A DNA stretch of 64,000 bases from Candidatus Hydrogenedentota bacterium (GCA_963745075.1 CAVUWV010000013.1:1-64000); one strand, 5' to 3'; positions 45,301-55,653 are shown, counted from the stretch's first letter. A program made the numbers and translations. The notes: generated from the letters alone by a model not told the origin.

Positions 45301-46193
45301 CCCCGCCGCCAGACCACCTTCACGGTAAATGCCTGAAGGACGCAAAGAGCCCAGCTCCAGATATCGGTTTTTTGGGTGAGTTTGTCCCGGTTGGCCTGTT
45401 CCGGCGAGCAGTAAATACGGGTCATGCCCAGGTTGGTGACCCGGTCGTCGGTGGAGGCTTCCCCGGCCGCGCTGGCTGCCATGACATGTGCCCGCGCGAG
45501 TCCAAAGTCCGTCACCTTGGCGGTTTCGTCTTTCGTAATGAGAACGTTGGCCGGTTTCACGTCCTGGTGGACGAGCCCCCGGTCGTGTGCGTGCTGCAGC
45601 CCCCACGCCATCTGGATTCCCATGTCGCAGATGCGTTCGAGCGCTTTCTTAGCCCCGCCTTTGTAGATGAGCCCGTCGTCAATGAATTCCCACAAAGACC
45701 CCCCGTCCACGTATTCGGCGAATACGCGGGGAATCCCGCCCAGACGGCGAACGTAGTAACAACTCACGATGTTGGGATGAAGACCGAGGCTGACCCAGGT
45801 CTCGCATTCGCGCTCGAAGTTAATCGCACCGTCGCGTTTCAACAACGTCTTTGCCTTGGGGCTTTTCACGGCCAGGGGCATGTTCCAACCGCGGTGATGC
45901 ACCTTGAACACTTTGCCCATGCCGCCCTCACCCGGAACGTCGAGAATTTCGTAGAGATTCAGGATGACGTCGCCGACTTTCCATTCCACCGGGACGCCGT
46001 CCTCGCCAACCTGTTCTTGTAGCTGAAGTTCGGCGTCCGGGGAGTGTTCGTCATCCATCGGGACGACTGTGTTGGCGTCGGCGACCACGTCGCGGCCACA
46101 CTGTGGACATTGGCCCGCTTGCCCCATGCGGGCTTCATCCACGGTGAAATGCTTCCCGCATTCGCAGGTCAGCACGAATATGCGTCGCGACAT
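42324..46193 (-). CDS. Zn-ribbon + Hanks-type Ser/Thr kinase + TPR + two WD40 propellers
   Basis: CECG/CPQC; GEGGMG, AVK, HQDVKPAN, DFG, SPEQ; TPR-like ADSLNNRG; about 14 GH...WD repeats in two blocks. Confidence 0.92.
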   Translation of the reverse strand: MSRRIFVLTCECGKHFTVDEARMGQAGQCPQCGRDVVADANTVVPMDDEHSPDAELQLQEQVGEDGVPVEWKVGDVILNLYEILDVPGEGGMGKVFKVHHRGWNMPLAVKSPKAKTLLKRDGAINFERECETWVSLGLHPNIVSCYYVRRLGGIPRVFAEYVDGGSLWEFIDDGLIYKGGAKKALERICDMGIQMAWGLQHAHDRGLVHQDVKPANVLITKDETAKVTDFGLARAHVMAASAAGEASTDDRVTNLGMTRIYCSPEQANRDKLTQKTDIWSWALCVLQAFTVKVVWRRGTEGPELLQRFLRQIETNERLLPMPPVIANLLRQCFQIDPEARPKDMNEVAATMEEAYRQVSATDYPRRRPKPAKALADSLNNRGVSLLDLSKITAAEHAWERALTTDPHHPESTYNLCMERWRAGRMTDDAVLSRLHEIVKFHPGDGLPYYTLALAHMEHGDFAAAQKTLKHVEPLAKERKEIGAMLTLANQYSAQTRSMMRTLEGHQDTVNAAAVSRDGSRVLTGSADNTLKLWDANSGACANSFEGHQNSVTCVAFNPDGTLVLSGSRDRTVRLWDVATGECIQTLEGHRDSIEAAAIVADDRKAMSASSDGTIRVWDIEAGTCVDTFEEHRGPVTALAVDTAGLLAISGDQDGTIRVWDVAGHRCTHAIDAHGGAIVSLTLSRDGRFALSASRDGSLKLWHPAAGECLATCSGHQGPVLGAAISDDGQYAVSGSRDRTVRFWETTTGRCLNTFTGHEGAVTAIAMAADRQFVVSGGEDTSVRLWRTAEVAQPIVAPTLICQAVASEVALSTSRAFDETLHHAQSAIAHGKFLDAAKHLRTARSQPGHRRTPEAMHEWRSLYTRLPRVKFQGAWEETGLTHQTGSVKIAYVTPNARHALVANEENALSLHDVSRATTVCAFDREAGSVVSVCLSDDGTRALTGGWDIKLWDATRGKLLQTFERQPEMVNSVDLTSDIRYAVSASGRAVRIWDVATGRCMGTFVGHSADVNVVRWSPDERLLLSAGEDKILQVWELSSGKCLATMKGHTQPVRCVAFSLDGLYACSGSGTMWGRSGEVKLWDLSTGKNVRSFDGHGDTVQSLSISADNRYLMSASRDMTLRLWNIETGEQVHSFEGHNETIEAVRLSLDGRFAASICKDGIVRLWTMDWELEDRTPIPWDPGVAPLVEQFLVLHTPYAANAPEGGSASQRRIRRALTRRGTPKWEDSELGRFWHLLGCGGYGWLDYRSVIQELQGMAANWHVPEGLPVRPGGARNNTLFRRVLNGLSGPK

Positions 46194-46310
46194 GGGTACC
46201 TCAAAAACACGTTAACTTGCGCCCAATCCACTTGAGATTGGCCAGGTAGCCTTGCGGGAACCAGCTCAGGAGAATCCCAGAAGATGCGGCGCAATTAGTA
46301 TACCAAGAGC

Positions 46311-47039
46311 GTGTCGGATTCGGTAACTCGCCTCGGCTTGCGCTTGGTGCGCGAGCCGGCGACAATACCCCGCGTGTTTACAAGCTCGAAATCCGAGGGT
46401 CAAGAAACAATCGCGCAAACCGCCCCATTCTTCGTTGCGATTGGCGGGGCCTCATGCTCGGGAAAGACCTTGCTCGCAGGAACGGTGGCCGCGACGTTGC
46501 CCAAGGAGTCCTGTACCATCCTGTCATTGGATTGGTTCTACCGGGATCGGTCTCACCAGCCTGTTGCCGAACGAGCAACCGCCAATTTTGACGAGCCGGA
46601 CGCGCTGGAATGGCCGCTGATTCGATCCCAAATTGAATCGCTCGCACGTCGCGAATCCATTCGAGTACCCGAGTATGATTTCGCTACCCACGCACGAACG
46701 CGACGGACCCGTTTGCTCGCGCCGAAATCCGTCGTAGTGATTGAGGGGTTACTCGCGCTCTACGATCCGGAGGTTCGAGGCCTTTGCGATCTCCTCGTAT
46801 TTGTCGAAGCGCCGTCGGTTGTGATGTTGGAACGGCGCATCGCGCGGGACGTACGCGAACGGGGACGAACGCGCGAATGTGTGGCACGCCAGTACACGTC
46901 CCAGGTGCTCCCCATGGCGAAAACGTATGTATTGCCGACCCGAGCCTACGCCGGCATCATCGTGGACGGTACCGAGCCGGTTGAGAAGTCGGCCCGGCGC
47001 GTTGCGGAACGGATTCTCGCCGCAGGTCCCGCGTTGTGA
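46311..47039 (+). CDS. udk: Uridine kinase
   Basis: GGASCSGKT, LDWFYRD, NFDEPDA, PEYDF, IEGL, RRIARDVRERGR; true start probably downstream (e.g. GTG 46374). Confidence 0.88.
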   Translation: MSDSVTRLGLRLVREPATIPRVFTSSKSEGQETIAQTAPFFVAIGGASCSGKTLLAGTVAATLPKESCTILSLDWFYRDRSHQPVAERATANFDEPDALEWPLIRSQIESLARRESIRVPEYDFATHARTRRTRLLAPKSVVVIEGLLALYDPEVRGLCDLLVFVEAPSVVMLERRIARDVRERGRTRECVARQYTSQVLPMAKTYVLPTRAYAGIIVDGTEPVEKSARRVAERILAAGPAL

Positions 47040-47061
47040 TTCGATAGGGAGACGGGAAACG

Positions 47062-47988
47062 CTACCGATTGAAGGCCTCAAGAACCGGTGTCGCGATCCA
47101 GGCTGGGGGAGGCGTCACGTTCAGCAAATAGGCGATCGTGGCAGCGGTCTGATACGTATAAACGGGATTCACAATCTCGTGGTTCTCGACGACTCCGGGC
47201 CCCGCTACCATCCAAGGGATTTCGATTTCCTCCATGGTGGCGCCGCCGTGGTGGGTTCCTTTGCCGCCATGGTCGGATGTGACGAGTAGAATGGTCGATT
47301 TGCTTGCACCGGATTCGTCGATCGCTTTCTCGATTGCTCCGACGTATCGGTCGGCTTCTTCCACCGCCCGAAGATACTCCGGCGAACCCCAGCCATGTCC
47401 GTGGCCCGCGTGATCGACGTGGTCCAGGTGAATGAACGTCAAGGCCGGTTTGTGCTCAACGATGTATTCCGCGGCCCGTTGGGTCGTCACGTTGGGTCCT
47501 TTGGTGTCCGCACTCCAATCGACCGCATCGTGCTCGAAGAGACGTCCGAACCCGCTCCAATCGTAAAACACCGCGAGATGCGACTTCGGTCGTTGCTCGC
47601 GAAGCGCACTGAAGATGGTGGGAAAGATTCCGCCCGGACCAACCGCTACCGGTGCGATATCGAACTGGTCTGGTTGCCAATCGTTGGAGGTGACGCCGTG
47701 CTGTTCCGGGCCGGCGCCCATGATCATCGAAGCCCAGTTCGGGCTGCTGCTCGTGGGCATTACGGCGCGGGCCGTCATCGTATATGCGCCCCGCGCCATC
47801 ATCGCATCGAGGTTCGGCGTCGACGCCGCGCGTATGCCTGCCGGGCTCATGCCATCAACGCCGACCACGACGACGTGTTTAACGCGAGGTGTTCCCGCGC
47901 TTGCGGCGCCGATACCGAGGGCGAGTGCGGTGATCACCAGGATTGCCACCGGAGCCGTCATCATTCGAGGGATTCGCGTACGCACCAT
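47062..47988 (-). CDS. Alkaline phosphatase superfamily (NPP/type I phosphodiesterase-like), secreted
   Basis: Signal peptide; GVDGM, PTSSSPNW, DHAGH, TSDHGG, HGG. Confidence 0.85.
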   Translation of the reverse strand: MVRTRIPRMMTAPVAILVITALALGIGAASAGTPRVKHVVVVGVDGMSPAGIRAASTPNLDAMMARGAYTMTARAVMPTSSSPNWASMIMGAGPEQHGVTSNDWQPDQFDIAPVAVGPGGIFPTIFSALREQRPKSHLAVFYDWSGFGRLFEHDAVDWSADTKGPNVTTQRAAEYIVEHKPALTFIHLDHVDHAGHGHGWGSPEYLRAVEEADRYVGAIEKAIDESGASKSTILLVTSDHGGKGTHHGGATMEEIEIPWMVAGPGVVENHEIVNPVYTYQTAATIAYLLNVTPPPAWIATPVLEAFNR

Positions 47989-48054
47989 TCGGAGCCTCGT
48001 TTCCTTTACAGCGGACGCTGCCTTTCCGAAATCGCTGTAGGTGGTCGGCGCCGG

Positions 48055-49329
48055 CTAGTTTACAAATTTGAGCAAGTGGTAGTTTCGTTTTCCAGTGCGC
48101 GCTATGGCGATGCGTTCACCGCACAGCGATTGCTCGGTCAGTTTGACGTTGTCACTGGTGACGCGCTCGTTATTCAGATACAGGCCCCCGTTTTGAATGA
48201 GCCGCCGGGCTTCCCCTTTGCTCTTGAAGACGCCACACTCGACAAAAACGTCGACCAACAACTTTTCCTCACCTAGTACGCTCCGGTTCAACTCCGCAGT
48301 CGGGACTTCGCTAAATACGTCTTCGATCGTCGCATCGTCCAGACCAGCCAGCGAACCGCCGAACATGGCGTCGGTCGCCTTTTTCGCGTTGGCAAGGGCT
48401 TCCTCGCCATGGACCATGCGCGTGACCTCTTCCGCGAGCCGTCGTTGGGCCGCTCGTTTCTCTGGGGACTGCGCGATCTCCGCCTCCAAGCCCTCGATTT
48501 CCTCGCGCGGGAGGAAGGTAAAGGTCCGGAGCCACTTGGGCGTCTCGGCATCGGTCTGATTGATCCAGAACTGGTAAAACTTGTACGGCGACGTTCGTTT
48601 GGCATCGAGCCATACCGCCCCTGATTCGGTCTTACCGAACTTGGTCCCGTCCGCCTTCGTGACCAGAGGCCACGTCAGCCCGAAGGCCTCGTCGTTCCGG
48701 AGCCGCCGGATCAGGTCCATGCCGGAAACGATGTTGCCCCATTGATCGCTGCCGCCTACCTGCAATTTGCAGCCGTATGTATCGTACAAGTGAAGAAAGT
48801 CGTAGGCCTGAAGCAGCATGTACGAAAACTCGGTGTAGCTGATGCCGTGATCGCGGTCTTCCAGCCGCGCGCGGACAGACTCGCGCGCGACCATCGCATT
48901 CACCGAGAAGAGTTTGCCGATGTCGCGCAAGAAGTCGACGAGCGTAAGTTCGCCAAGCCAATCTGCATTATTGACCAGGACCGCCCCGCCATCCGTCGCG
49001 AAATCCAGAAACCGCGTCAATTGCAGTCGGATTCCCTCGGTGTACTGCGCGAGGGTATCCGAATTCAAGAGCTTTCGCTCTTCAGACTTGAAGCTGGGGT
49101 CACCCACCATCCCCGTCGCGCCGCCGACCAGTGCGACGGGGCGATGCCCAGCCCGTTGGAAATGCATGAGCCCCACGATGGCCATGAGATGCCCTATGTG
49201 GAGACTGTCTGCCGTGGGATCGAATCCGGCATACACGACGAACCGATCTTTTTGAAGCCGCTCGGCCAACTCGGGATGCGTGACTTGATTGACCAAGCCG
49301 CGCCAACTGAGTTCATCAAACAAATCCAT
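48055..49329 (-). CDS. tyrS: Tyrosine--tRNA ligase
   Basis: YAGFDPTADSLHIGH, QAYDF, GGSDQWGN, KFGKT, C-terminal S4 domain; GGAG SD before ATG 49329. Confidence 0.97.
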   Translation of the reverse strand: MDLFDELSWRGLVNQVTHPELAERLQKDRFVVYAGFDPTADSLHIGHLMAIVGLMHFQRAGHRPVALVGGATGMVGDPSFKSEERKLLNSDTLAQYTEGIRLQLTRFLDFATDGGAVLVNNADWLGELTLVDFLRDIGKLFSVNAMVARESVRARLEDRDHGISYTEFSYMLLQAYDFLHLYDTYGCKLQVGGSDQWGNIVSGMDLIRRLRNDEAFGLTWPLVTKADGTKFGKTESGAVWLDAKRTSPYKFYQFWINQTDAETPKWLRTFTFLPREEIEGLEAEIAQSPEKRAAQRRLAEEVTRMVHGEEALANAKKATDAMFGGSLAGLDDATIEDVFSEVPTAELNRSVLGEEKLLVDVFVECGVFKSKGEARRLIQNGGLYLNNERVTSDNVKLTEQSLCGERIAIARTGKRNYHLLKFVN

Positions 49330-49442
49330 TGCGAATCTCCAACAGAGGTGTAGTGCCTGCTGCGAACCTGCGACAACCGGTCTGCCTGGCTGGGCTCCCC
49401 ACGAGGGCCGGCGGGCACGGGAAGAGAAACCGAAGGTGAGTG

Positions 49443-49523
49443 TCAGAGAGCGACATAGGCGCCGCAGACGCGCGAAACGCCTACGGGGATCCCTCGCACG
49501 GTCAATGTTCGCTTCTGAATCAT
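49443..49523 (-). CDS. Putative leaderless 26-aa uORF in the tyrS leader (MIQKRTLTVRGIPVGVSRVCGAYVAL)
   Basis: ATG lies 6 nt after the -10 element; one Tyr codon near the end. Confidence 0.3.
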   Translation of the reverse strand: MIQKRTLTVRGIPVGVSRVCGAYVAL

Positions 49524-49529
49524 GGCGGA

Positions 49530-49558
49530 ATTCTAACAAACGGATGGACGAGGGTCAA
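49530..49558 (-). promoter_or_regulatory. Sigma70 promoter for tyrS
   Basis: Minus strand TTGACC-N17-TAGAAT. Confidence 0.65.
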
Positions 49559-49637
49559 CGAAACAGCGTAAAATGAAGGGCTTGGGCAGAAATCCGGAGG
49601 CCGGTGGAGACGGCTGGAAGGGACGGCTCTGAACTGC

Positions 49638-49667
49638 TTGACACCGGTCCTAAACCTTTGCTATATT
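49638..49667 (+). promoter_or_regulatory. Sigma70 promoter for the tRNA-tuf operon
   Basis: TTGACA-N18-TATATT with a TGn extension. Confidence 0.65.
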
Positions 49668-49714
49668 TTGCAAAAGCCGCCCTTCCGGGGCGGTTGACTT
49701 TTTTCTTGGGCGCC

Positions 49715-49790
49715 GCTGGCGTAGCTCAGTTGGTAGAGCAACGGATTTGTAATCCGTGGGTCGGGGGTTCGACTCCCTTCGCCAGCTCCA
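49715..49790 (+). tRNA. tRNA-Thr(TGT)
   Basis: Acceptor GCTGGCG/CGCCAGC; anticodon arm ACGGA-TTTGTAA-TCCGT; GTTCGA; encoded CCA. Confidence 0.97.
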
Positions 49791-49837
49791 CTTTACCAAA
49801 CTGGATTGGCATGGCTGAACGTTAAGCTTTTGCTTGT

Positions 49838-49923
49838 GGTGGGATGCCCGAGTGGCTAAAGGGGGCGGGCTGTAAACCCGCTGGCTTGCGCCTACGTAGG
49901 TTCGAATCCTACTCCCACCACCA
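49838..49923 (+). tRNA. tRNA-Tyr(GTA)
   Basis: GGTGGGA/TCCCACC; GCGGG-CTGTAAA-CCCGC; long variable arm; CCA. Confidence 0.97.
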
Positions 49924-49956
49924 TTTACTATAGATAGATTTGAAGCGAATATCCGG

Positions 49957-50033
49957 GCGGGAATAGCTCAGTTGGCTAGAGCATCAGCCTTCCAAGCTGA
50001 GGGTCGCGGGTTCGAATCCCGTTTCCCGCTCCA
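49957..50033 (+). tRNA. tRNA-Gly(TCC)
   Basis: GCGGGAA/TTCCCGC; TCAGC-CTTCCAA-GCTGA; CCA. Confidence 0.97.
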
Positions 50034-50052
50034 TATAAATTTGATATACCGG

Positions 50053-50128
50053 GCCCGCGTAGCTCAGTTGGTAGAGCACCTCCATGGTAAGGAGGGGGTC
50101 AACAGTTCGATTCTGTTCGTGGGCTCCA
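50053..50128 (+). tRNA. tRNA-Thr(GGT)
   Basis: GCCCGCG/CGTGGGC; CCTCC-ATGGTAA-GGAGG; CCA. Confidence 0.96.
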
Positions 50129-50245
50129 CTTTTTCCATAGTTTTTATATCGAATGGCATATCCGGGAAGTGCCGCCGATTCGCGGCGGTGCGACGGCAGG
50201 TGTCGGACAGACACGGTAACTTCGTGAGGGAGGTTTGAGAGAACC

Positions 50246-51437
<1,192 letters not shown>

Positions 51438-51565
51438 CGTAACCAACCAACGGTTGGCCGTTACGAAATTGAAAAACAGCCCGTCGAAACGGTATGCTAG
51501 CACGCATTTTGTGTGCAGGGCCGTTTCGCGTTTCGAACTATCGACGGCAACAGGGTTTACACTGC

Positions 51566-51642
51566 AGGACTGTAGCTCAACTGGCTAGAGCAGCGGCCTC
51601 CAAAGCCGAAGGTTGGGGGTTCGAGTCCCTCCAGTCCTGCCA
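51566..51642 (+). tRNA. tRNA-Trp(CCA)
   Basis: AGGACTG/CAGTCCT; anticodon loop CTCCAAA; GTTCGA; CCA; usual position before secE. Confidence 0.96.
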
Positions 51643-51676
51643 TTTTTTATATTAAGGGTAAGTGTGTTGAAACACC

Positions 51677-51946
51677 ATGGCCAAACAAGCGACCGCAGTA
51701 AGGAGACCCATGGCTAAGCAATCGCCCGCGGCTACAGGGGCGTCTGAACCGGGCATGATCGCCCGGATCCAGCAGTTCTTCCAGGAAGTCATGGTTGAAA
51801 TGAGCAAAGTATCATGGCCTTCGAAGGACGAGCTTAAAGCCCATACGTCGATCGTGATGGTGACGCTGCTGATTCTCGCGGCCATTATCGGTCTGTATGA
51901 CTGGGTGTTCCTGCGCGCAATTCAGTTGCTGCTGCTGTTGGGATAG
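51677..51946 (+). CDS. secE: Preprotein translocase subunit SecE
   Basis: EMSKVSWPS motif plus a single TM helix; between tRNA-Trp and nusG. Confidence 0.93.
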   Translation: MAKQATAVRRPMAKQSPAATGASEPGMIARIQQFFQEVMVEMSKVSWPSKDELKAHTSIVMVTLLILAAIIGLYDWVFLRAIQLLLLLG

Positions 51947-51958
51947 GGAACAACGAAC

Positions 51959-52759
51959 GTGACGACGGAAGAAACACCCGAAGAAGTGCACGAGACCCCG
52001 GAGGTAGCCGATCCGGAGGCCGAGGAAGCGCCGGAAGCAGCCGAAGCGCCGGACACGGCCGGCGTTGTGGAGGAATCCGCTACGTCTGAGCCGTCCGAGG
52101 CTGCCGAGGCGTCCGAAGCATCCGAGACCCCGGAAGCGGAGGAGCCTGTCGAATCGTCCGAATCTGCGGAGACGGACGACGAAGAATCTCCGGAGCCGGC
52201 GAAGAAGGATGACGGGATTAAGCGCCGGTGGTATGCCCTGCACGCATACTCAGGCCAGGAAGCGAACGTCAAGAAGAATATCTTGATCCACGCCGAGCAA
52301 GGCGGTCTTCAGGACGTCATTGGCGACGTGTTGGTGCCCATGGAAGAGGTTGCCGAGATCAAGTCCGGTGAGAAGAAGATTTCCAAGCGGAAATTTTTCC
52401 CGGGCTATGTGTTAATTCAGTTGCCCGCGCATCCGGAGCGCAATCCGGAACTGTGGCACCTGATCAAGGAAACGCCGGGCGTCAGCGGGTTCATTGGCTC
52501 CCGGACCGTCCCGGTTCCCCTGGAAGACGGGGAGGTTGAGGCAATTCTCGAGGAACTCCGCGGAGAACGCGAGCGGCCGAAACCGAAAGTCAAATTCGAG
52601 CACGGCGAGCGGGTCAAAATCATTGACGGGCCGTTCTCGAATTTCCTGGGTAATATTGATGAGATTAACGCCGAACGCGGCACGCTCAAGGTGATGGTGG
52701 AAATCTTCGAGCGCCTCACCAGCGTCGAAGTCGAGTTCTGGCAAGTTGAGAAAATGTAA
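51959..52759 (+). CDS. nusG: Transcription termination/antitermination factor NusG with an acidic N-terminal extension
   Basis: WYALHAYSGQE, KFFPGYV, TPGVSGFIG, KOW IIDGPF. Confidence 0.95.
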   Translation: MTTEETPEEVHETPEVADPEAEEAPEAAEAPDTAGVVEESATSEPSEAAEASEASETPEAEEPVESSESAETDDEESPEPAKKDDGIKRRWYALHAYSGQEANVKKNILIHAEQGGLQDVIGDVLVPMEEVAEIKSGEKKISKRKFFPGYVLIQLPAHPERNPELWHLIKETPGVSGFIGSRTVPVPLEDGEVEAILEELRGERERPKPKVKFEHGERVKIIDGPFSNFLGNIDEINAERGTLKVMVEIFERLTSVEVEFWQVEKM

Positions 52760-52807
52760 CGCGGCCCCACGGGCCATATCACGGTAGAGGACAAACGGAG
52801 CACTATC

Positions 52808-53254
52808 ATGGGTAAGCCAGCCAAAGGCAAGGGCCGGAACGTCATGGCACAGATTAAGTTGCAGTGCCCTGCCGGCCAGGCCAATCCGGCCCCGCCGGTC
52901 GGTCCGGCATTGGGCCAGCACGGGGTCCAAATTATGGACTTCTGCAAGCAGTTCAATGAACGCACGAAAGATCAGCAGGGCCTGATCATTCCGGTCGTTA
53001 TTACGGTCTTCGAGGATCGGTCGTTCACGTTCATCACCAAGAGCCCGCCCGCGGCGGTGTTGCTCAAGCGTGCGGCCAAGCTGGCGAAGGCGTCCGGTGA
53101 ACCAAACAAAACCAAGGTGGGTTCGGTCACCAAGGCCCAACTCAAGGAAATTGCCGAGTTGAAGCAGGCGGACCTGAACGCCGCGTCTGTCGAAGCCGCC
53201 ATGCGCATGATTGCGGGTACCGCCCGCAGCATGGGATTGACGGTCGAAGTCTGA
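52808..53254 (+). CDS. rplK: 50S ribosomal protein L11
   Basis: [22 protein letters not shown]. Confidence 0.97.
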   Translation: MGKPAKGKGRNVMAQIKLQCPAGQANPAPPVGPALGQHGVQIMDFCKQFNERTKDQQGLIIPVVITVFEDRSFTFITKSPPAAVLLKRAAKLAKASGEPNKTKVGSVTKAQLKEIAELKQADLNAASVEAAMRMIAGTARSMGLTVEV

Positions 53255-53329
53255 TCGTATTGTTGATGCTGGCGCACCCGGCCCGGGCGCGCCGGTTGGA
53301 GGATGACCGGGATTTGTTCCGGTCTTGAT

Positions 53330-53359
53330 GTGGGAGGGCCGTAGGCCCGTCGGAACCAC
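53330..53359 (+). promoter_or_regulatory. Putative L1-binding autoregulatory RNA site before rplA
   Basis: GTGGGAGGGCC-GTA-GGCCCGTCGGAACCAC: GTGG/CCAC stem, GAG internal loop and inner helix next to the rplA SD; resembles the Firmicutes-type site upstream of rplA. Confidence 0.65.
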
Positions 53360-53373
53360 AGGAGATTCGAATC

Positions 53374-54087
53374 ATGGGAAAGTTGAGTAAACGTACCTCC
53401 GCGCTGCAGGACAAAATCGGCGATAAACAATTCTACTCCCTGCCCGAAGTTGCTGCCAGCGTCAAAGATTGCGCCACCGCCAAATTCGATGAAACTATTG
53501 ACCTCGCCTTCTATTTGGGCGTTGATCCGCGCCATGCCGAGCAAATGGTTCGTGGAACGGTTTCTCTCCCGCATGGTACCGGTAAGCCGGTGCGCGTCAT
53601 CGTTTTTTGCAAACAGGCCGAGCAGCAGAAAGCGGCGGAAGATGCCGGCGCGGAAGAAGTCGGCGCCGAAACCCTCGTTGCCAAAGTGAAAGAGGGATGG
53701 ACCGATTTCGACGTTGCGGTTGCCGCGCCCGACATGATGGGTGAAGTGGGTAAACTGGGTAAGATTCTCGGACCCCGGGGCCTGATGCCCAGCCCGAAGG
53801 CCGGAACCGTGACGCCGAAGGTCGGTGAAGCTGTTGCGGAGATCAAGAAGGGCAAGATCGACTTCCGCGTCGACAAGAACGCGAACATGCATGTGCCGGT
53901 CGGCAAGGCATCGTTCACCGCGCAGCAGATCGAAGAGAACGCCGCGGCCGTGATTCAGTCGGTTCTGAAGGCCCGCCCCGCGGCCTGCAAAGGAACGTAC
54001 CTGAAAGCCTGCACGATGAGCAGCACGATGGGTCCGGGGTTCAAGATGGATCCGGCGGCGCTGACGTCGACCTACAAATCGAACTAG
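53374..54087 (+). CDS. rplA: 50S ribosomal protein L1
   Basis: [36 protein letters not shown]. Confidence 0.97.
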   Translation: MGKLSKRTSALQDKIGDKQFYSLPEVAASVKDCATAKFDETIDLAFYLGVDPRHAEQMVRGTVSLPHGTGKPVRVIVFCKQAEQQKAAEDAGAEEVGAETLVAKVKEGWTDFDVAVAAPDMMGEVGKLGKILGPRGLMPSPKAGTVTPKVGEAVAEIKKGKIDFRVDKNANMHVPVGKASFTAQQIEENAAAVIQSVLKARPAACKGTYLKACTMSSTMGPGFKMDPAALTSTYKSN

Positions 54088-54195
54088 ACTACCCCTCTCC
54101 AATTTCGACATCGCGATGGACGCGGTGGGAGAACTGAACCACGGTGCACGTGGGGTGCACCTCACCGTCCTCGGGGCAGGAGCGCGAAACGAATT

Positions 54196-55353
54196 ATGAG
54201 CAAGTATCTCTTTACATCGGAATCCGTGACTGAAGGCCATCCCGACAAGGTTGCTGACGCGGTATCCGATGCGATTCTGGACGCCATGATCGAACAGGAT
54301 CCCGATAGCCGGGTCGCGTGCGAAACCCTGGTAAACACCGGGCTCTGCGTGGTGGCCGGCGAGATTACGTCCAAGGCGGTCGTTGATGTTCCGGCGGTCG
54401 TGCGAAAGGCGATTACGGACATCGGCTACGTTGGCGGCGATTCCGGTTTCGATGGAAATACATGTGCGGTATTGGTAAACCTCGATAAACAGTCGCCCGA
54501 TATTTCCATGGGCGTCACGGCAACCACCGACCGCGAACAGGGCGCCGGGGACCAGGGGATGATGTTCGGTTACGCCACGAACGAAACCCCCGAACTGATG
54601 CCCATGCCGATTCTGCTGGCTCACAAGCTGGGGAGCCGGCTTTCGGAACTGCGCAAGAACGGGACCTTGCCCTGGCTCCAGCCGGACGGCAAGTCGCAGG
54701 TCACGATCGAGTATGTGGACGGAAAGCCGGTTCGCATCGATACGGTGGTGATCTCGAATCAGCATTCCGATAGCGTTACGCAGGACGAAATTCGTAAGCG
54801 CATTATCGAACAGGTGATTGAACCCATCTTGCCGAAGAACCTTGTCAACGGCGAGATCAAGTATCACATCAATCCGACGGGACGTTTCGTGGTGGGCGGT
54901 CCGGTTGGCGACAGCGGCGTCACCGGCCGCAAAATCATCGTCGACACCTACGGCGGCATGGGGCACCACGGCGGCGGCGCCTTCAGCGGCAAAGACCCGT
55001 CCAAAGTCGACCGTTCTGCCGCGTACATGGCGCGGTATATCGCGAAGAACGTGGTTGCAGCGGGAATTGCCGACCGGTGCGAAGTCCAGTTGGCTTATGC
55101 CATCGGCGTTGCGAAACCGGTTTCGATCAACGTGACCACCTTCGGAACAAACAAGATTCCGGAAGAGAAAATTGAAGCGATCCTGATGGAACACTTCGAT
55201 TGCCGTCCGGCCAGCATCGTCAAGACTCTCGATCTGAAGAAACCCATATTCCGGAAAACGGTCGCCTACGGGCACTTTGGGCGCGAAGATCAGGGATTCC
55301 GTTGGGAAGAAACCGATCAGGCAGATGCCCTGCGGAAGAAGGCGGAGCTTTAG
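54196..55353 (+). CDS. metK: S-adenosylmethionine synthetase
   Basis: [52 protein letters not shown]. Confidence 0.97.
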   Translation: MSKYLFTSESVTEGHPDKVADAVSDAILDAMIEQDPDSRVACETLVNTGLCVVAGEITSKAVVDVPAVVRKAITDIGYVGGDSGFDGNTCAVLVNLDKQSPDISMGVTATTDREQGAGDQGMMFGYATNETPELMPMPILLAHKLGSRLSELRKNGTLPWLQPDGKSQVTIEYVDGKPVRIDTVVISNQHSDSVTQDEIRKRIIEQVIEPILPKNLVNGEIKYHINPTGRFVVGGPVGDSGVTGRKIIVDTYGGMGHHGGGAFSGKDPSKVDRSAAYMARYIAKNVVAAGIADRCEVQLAYAIGVAKPVSINVTTFGTNKIPEEKIEAILMEHFDCRPASIVKTLDLKKPIFRKTVAYGHFGREDQGFRWEETDQADALRKKAEL

Positions 55354-55483
55354 TTCCTCGAGTAGTATCGTCCCCGGTGCGGGGTTGCGCGCGGGACGTG
55401 AAGTAATCGACTTATCGGAGATCCAGTGATTTGCGGGAGAGGTGTACCCGAGCATGGGGTGCACCCGAAAGGAGAGAGAACCC

Positions 55484-55633
55484 ATGAGCAGTCTATTGAC
55501 GGCTCGCGACATGAACGACGACGACGGTTCCAAGGACCGCTCGTTTTGGACTGTCATCGGCAAAGGTAATAAGAAGCTGGTATTTCGTCCGGCGAAATCG
55601 CTCGCCTTGCCGTTAGTTGGCAGTCACAACTGA
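55484..55633 (+). CDS. 49-aa hypothetical small protein
   Basis: AAAGGAGAG SD before ATG 55484; followed by a terminator. Confidence 0.45.
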   Translation: MSSLLTARDMNDDDGSKDRSFWTVIGKGNKKLVFRPAKSLALPLVGSHN

Positions 55634-55653
55634 CACCGTTCCTGTGCGGAATC

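Noticed and set aside
49330..49530. T-box riboswitch in the tyrS leader
   Set aside because: No GGTGGNACC T-box sequence and no terminator/antiterminator pair on the coding strand.
54088..54195. Known SAM/SAH riboswitch before metK (also checked before ahcY)
   Set aside because: No SAM-I, -II, -III or SAH consensus recognised by eye, and the 52-nt gap before ahcY leaves little room. An Rfam scan would settle it.
55431..55483. Glycine riboswitch (GGGAGAG...CCGAAAGGAG resemblance)
   Set aside because: The CTCTCAGG segment is missing, CCGAAGG is imperfect, the GGAG is explained as an SD, and no glycine gene follows.
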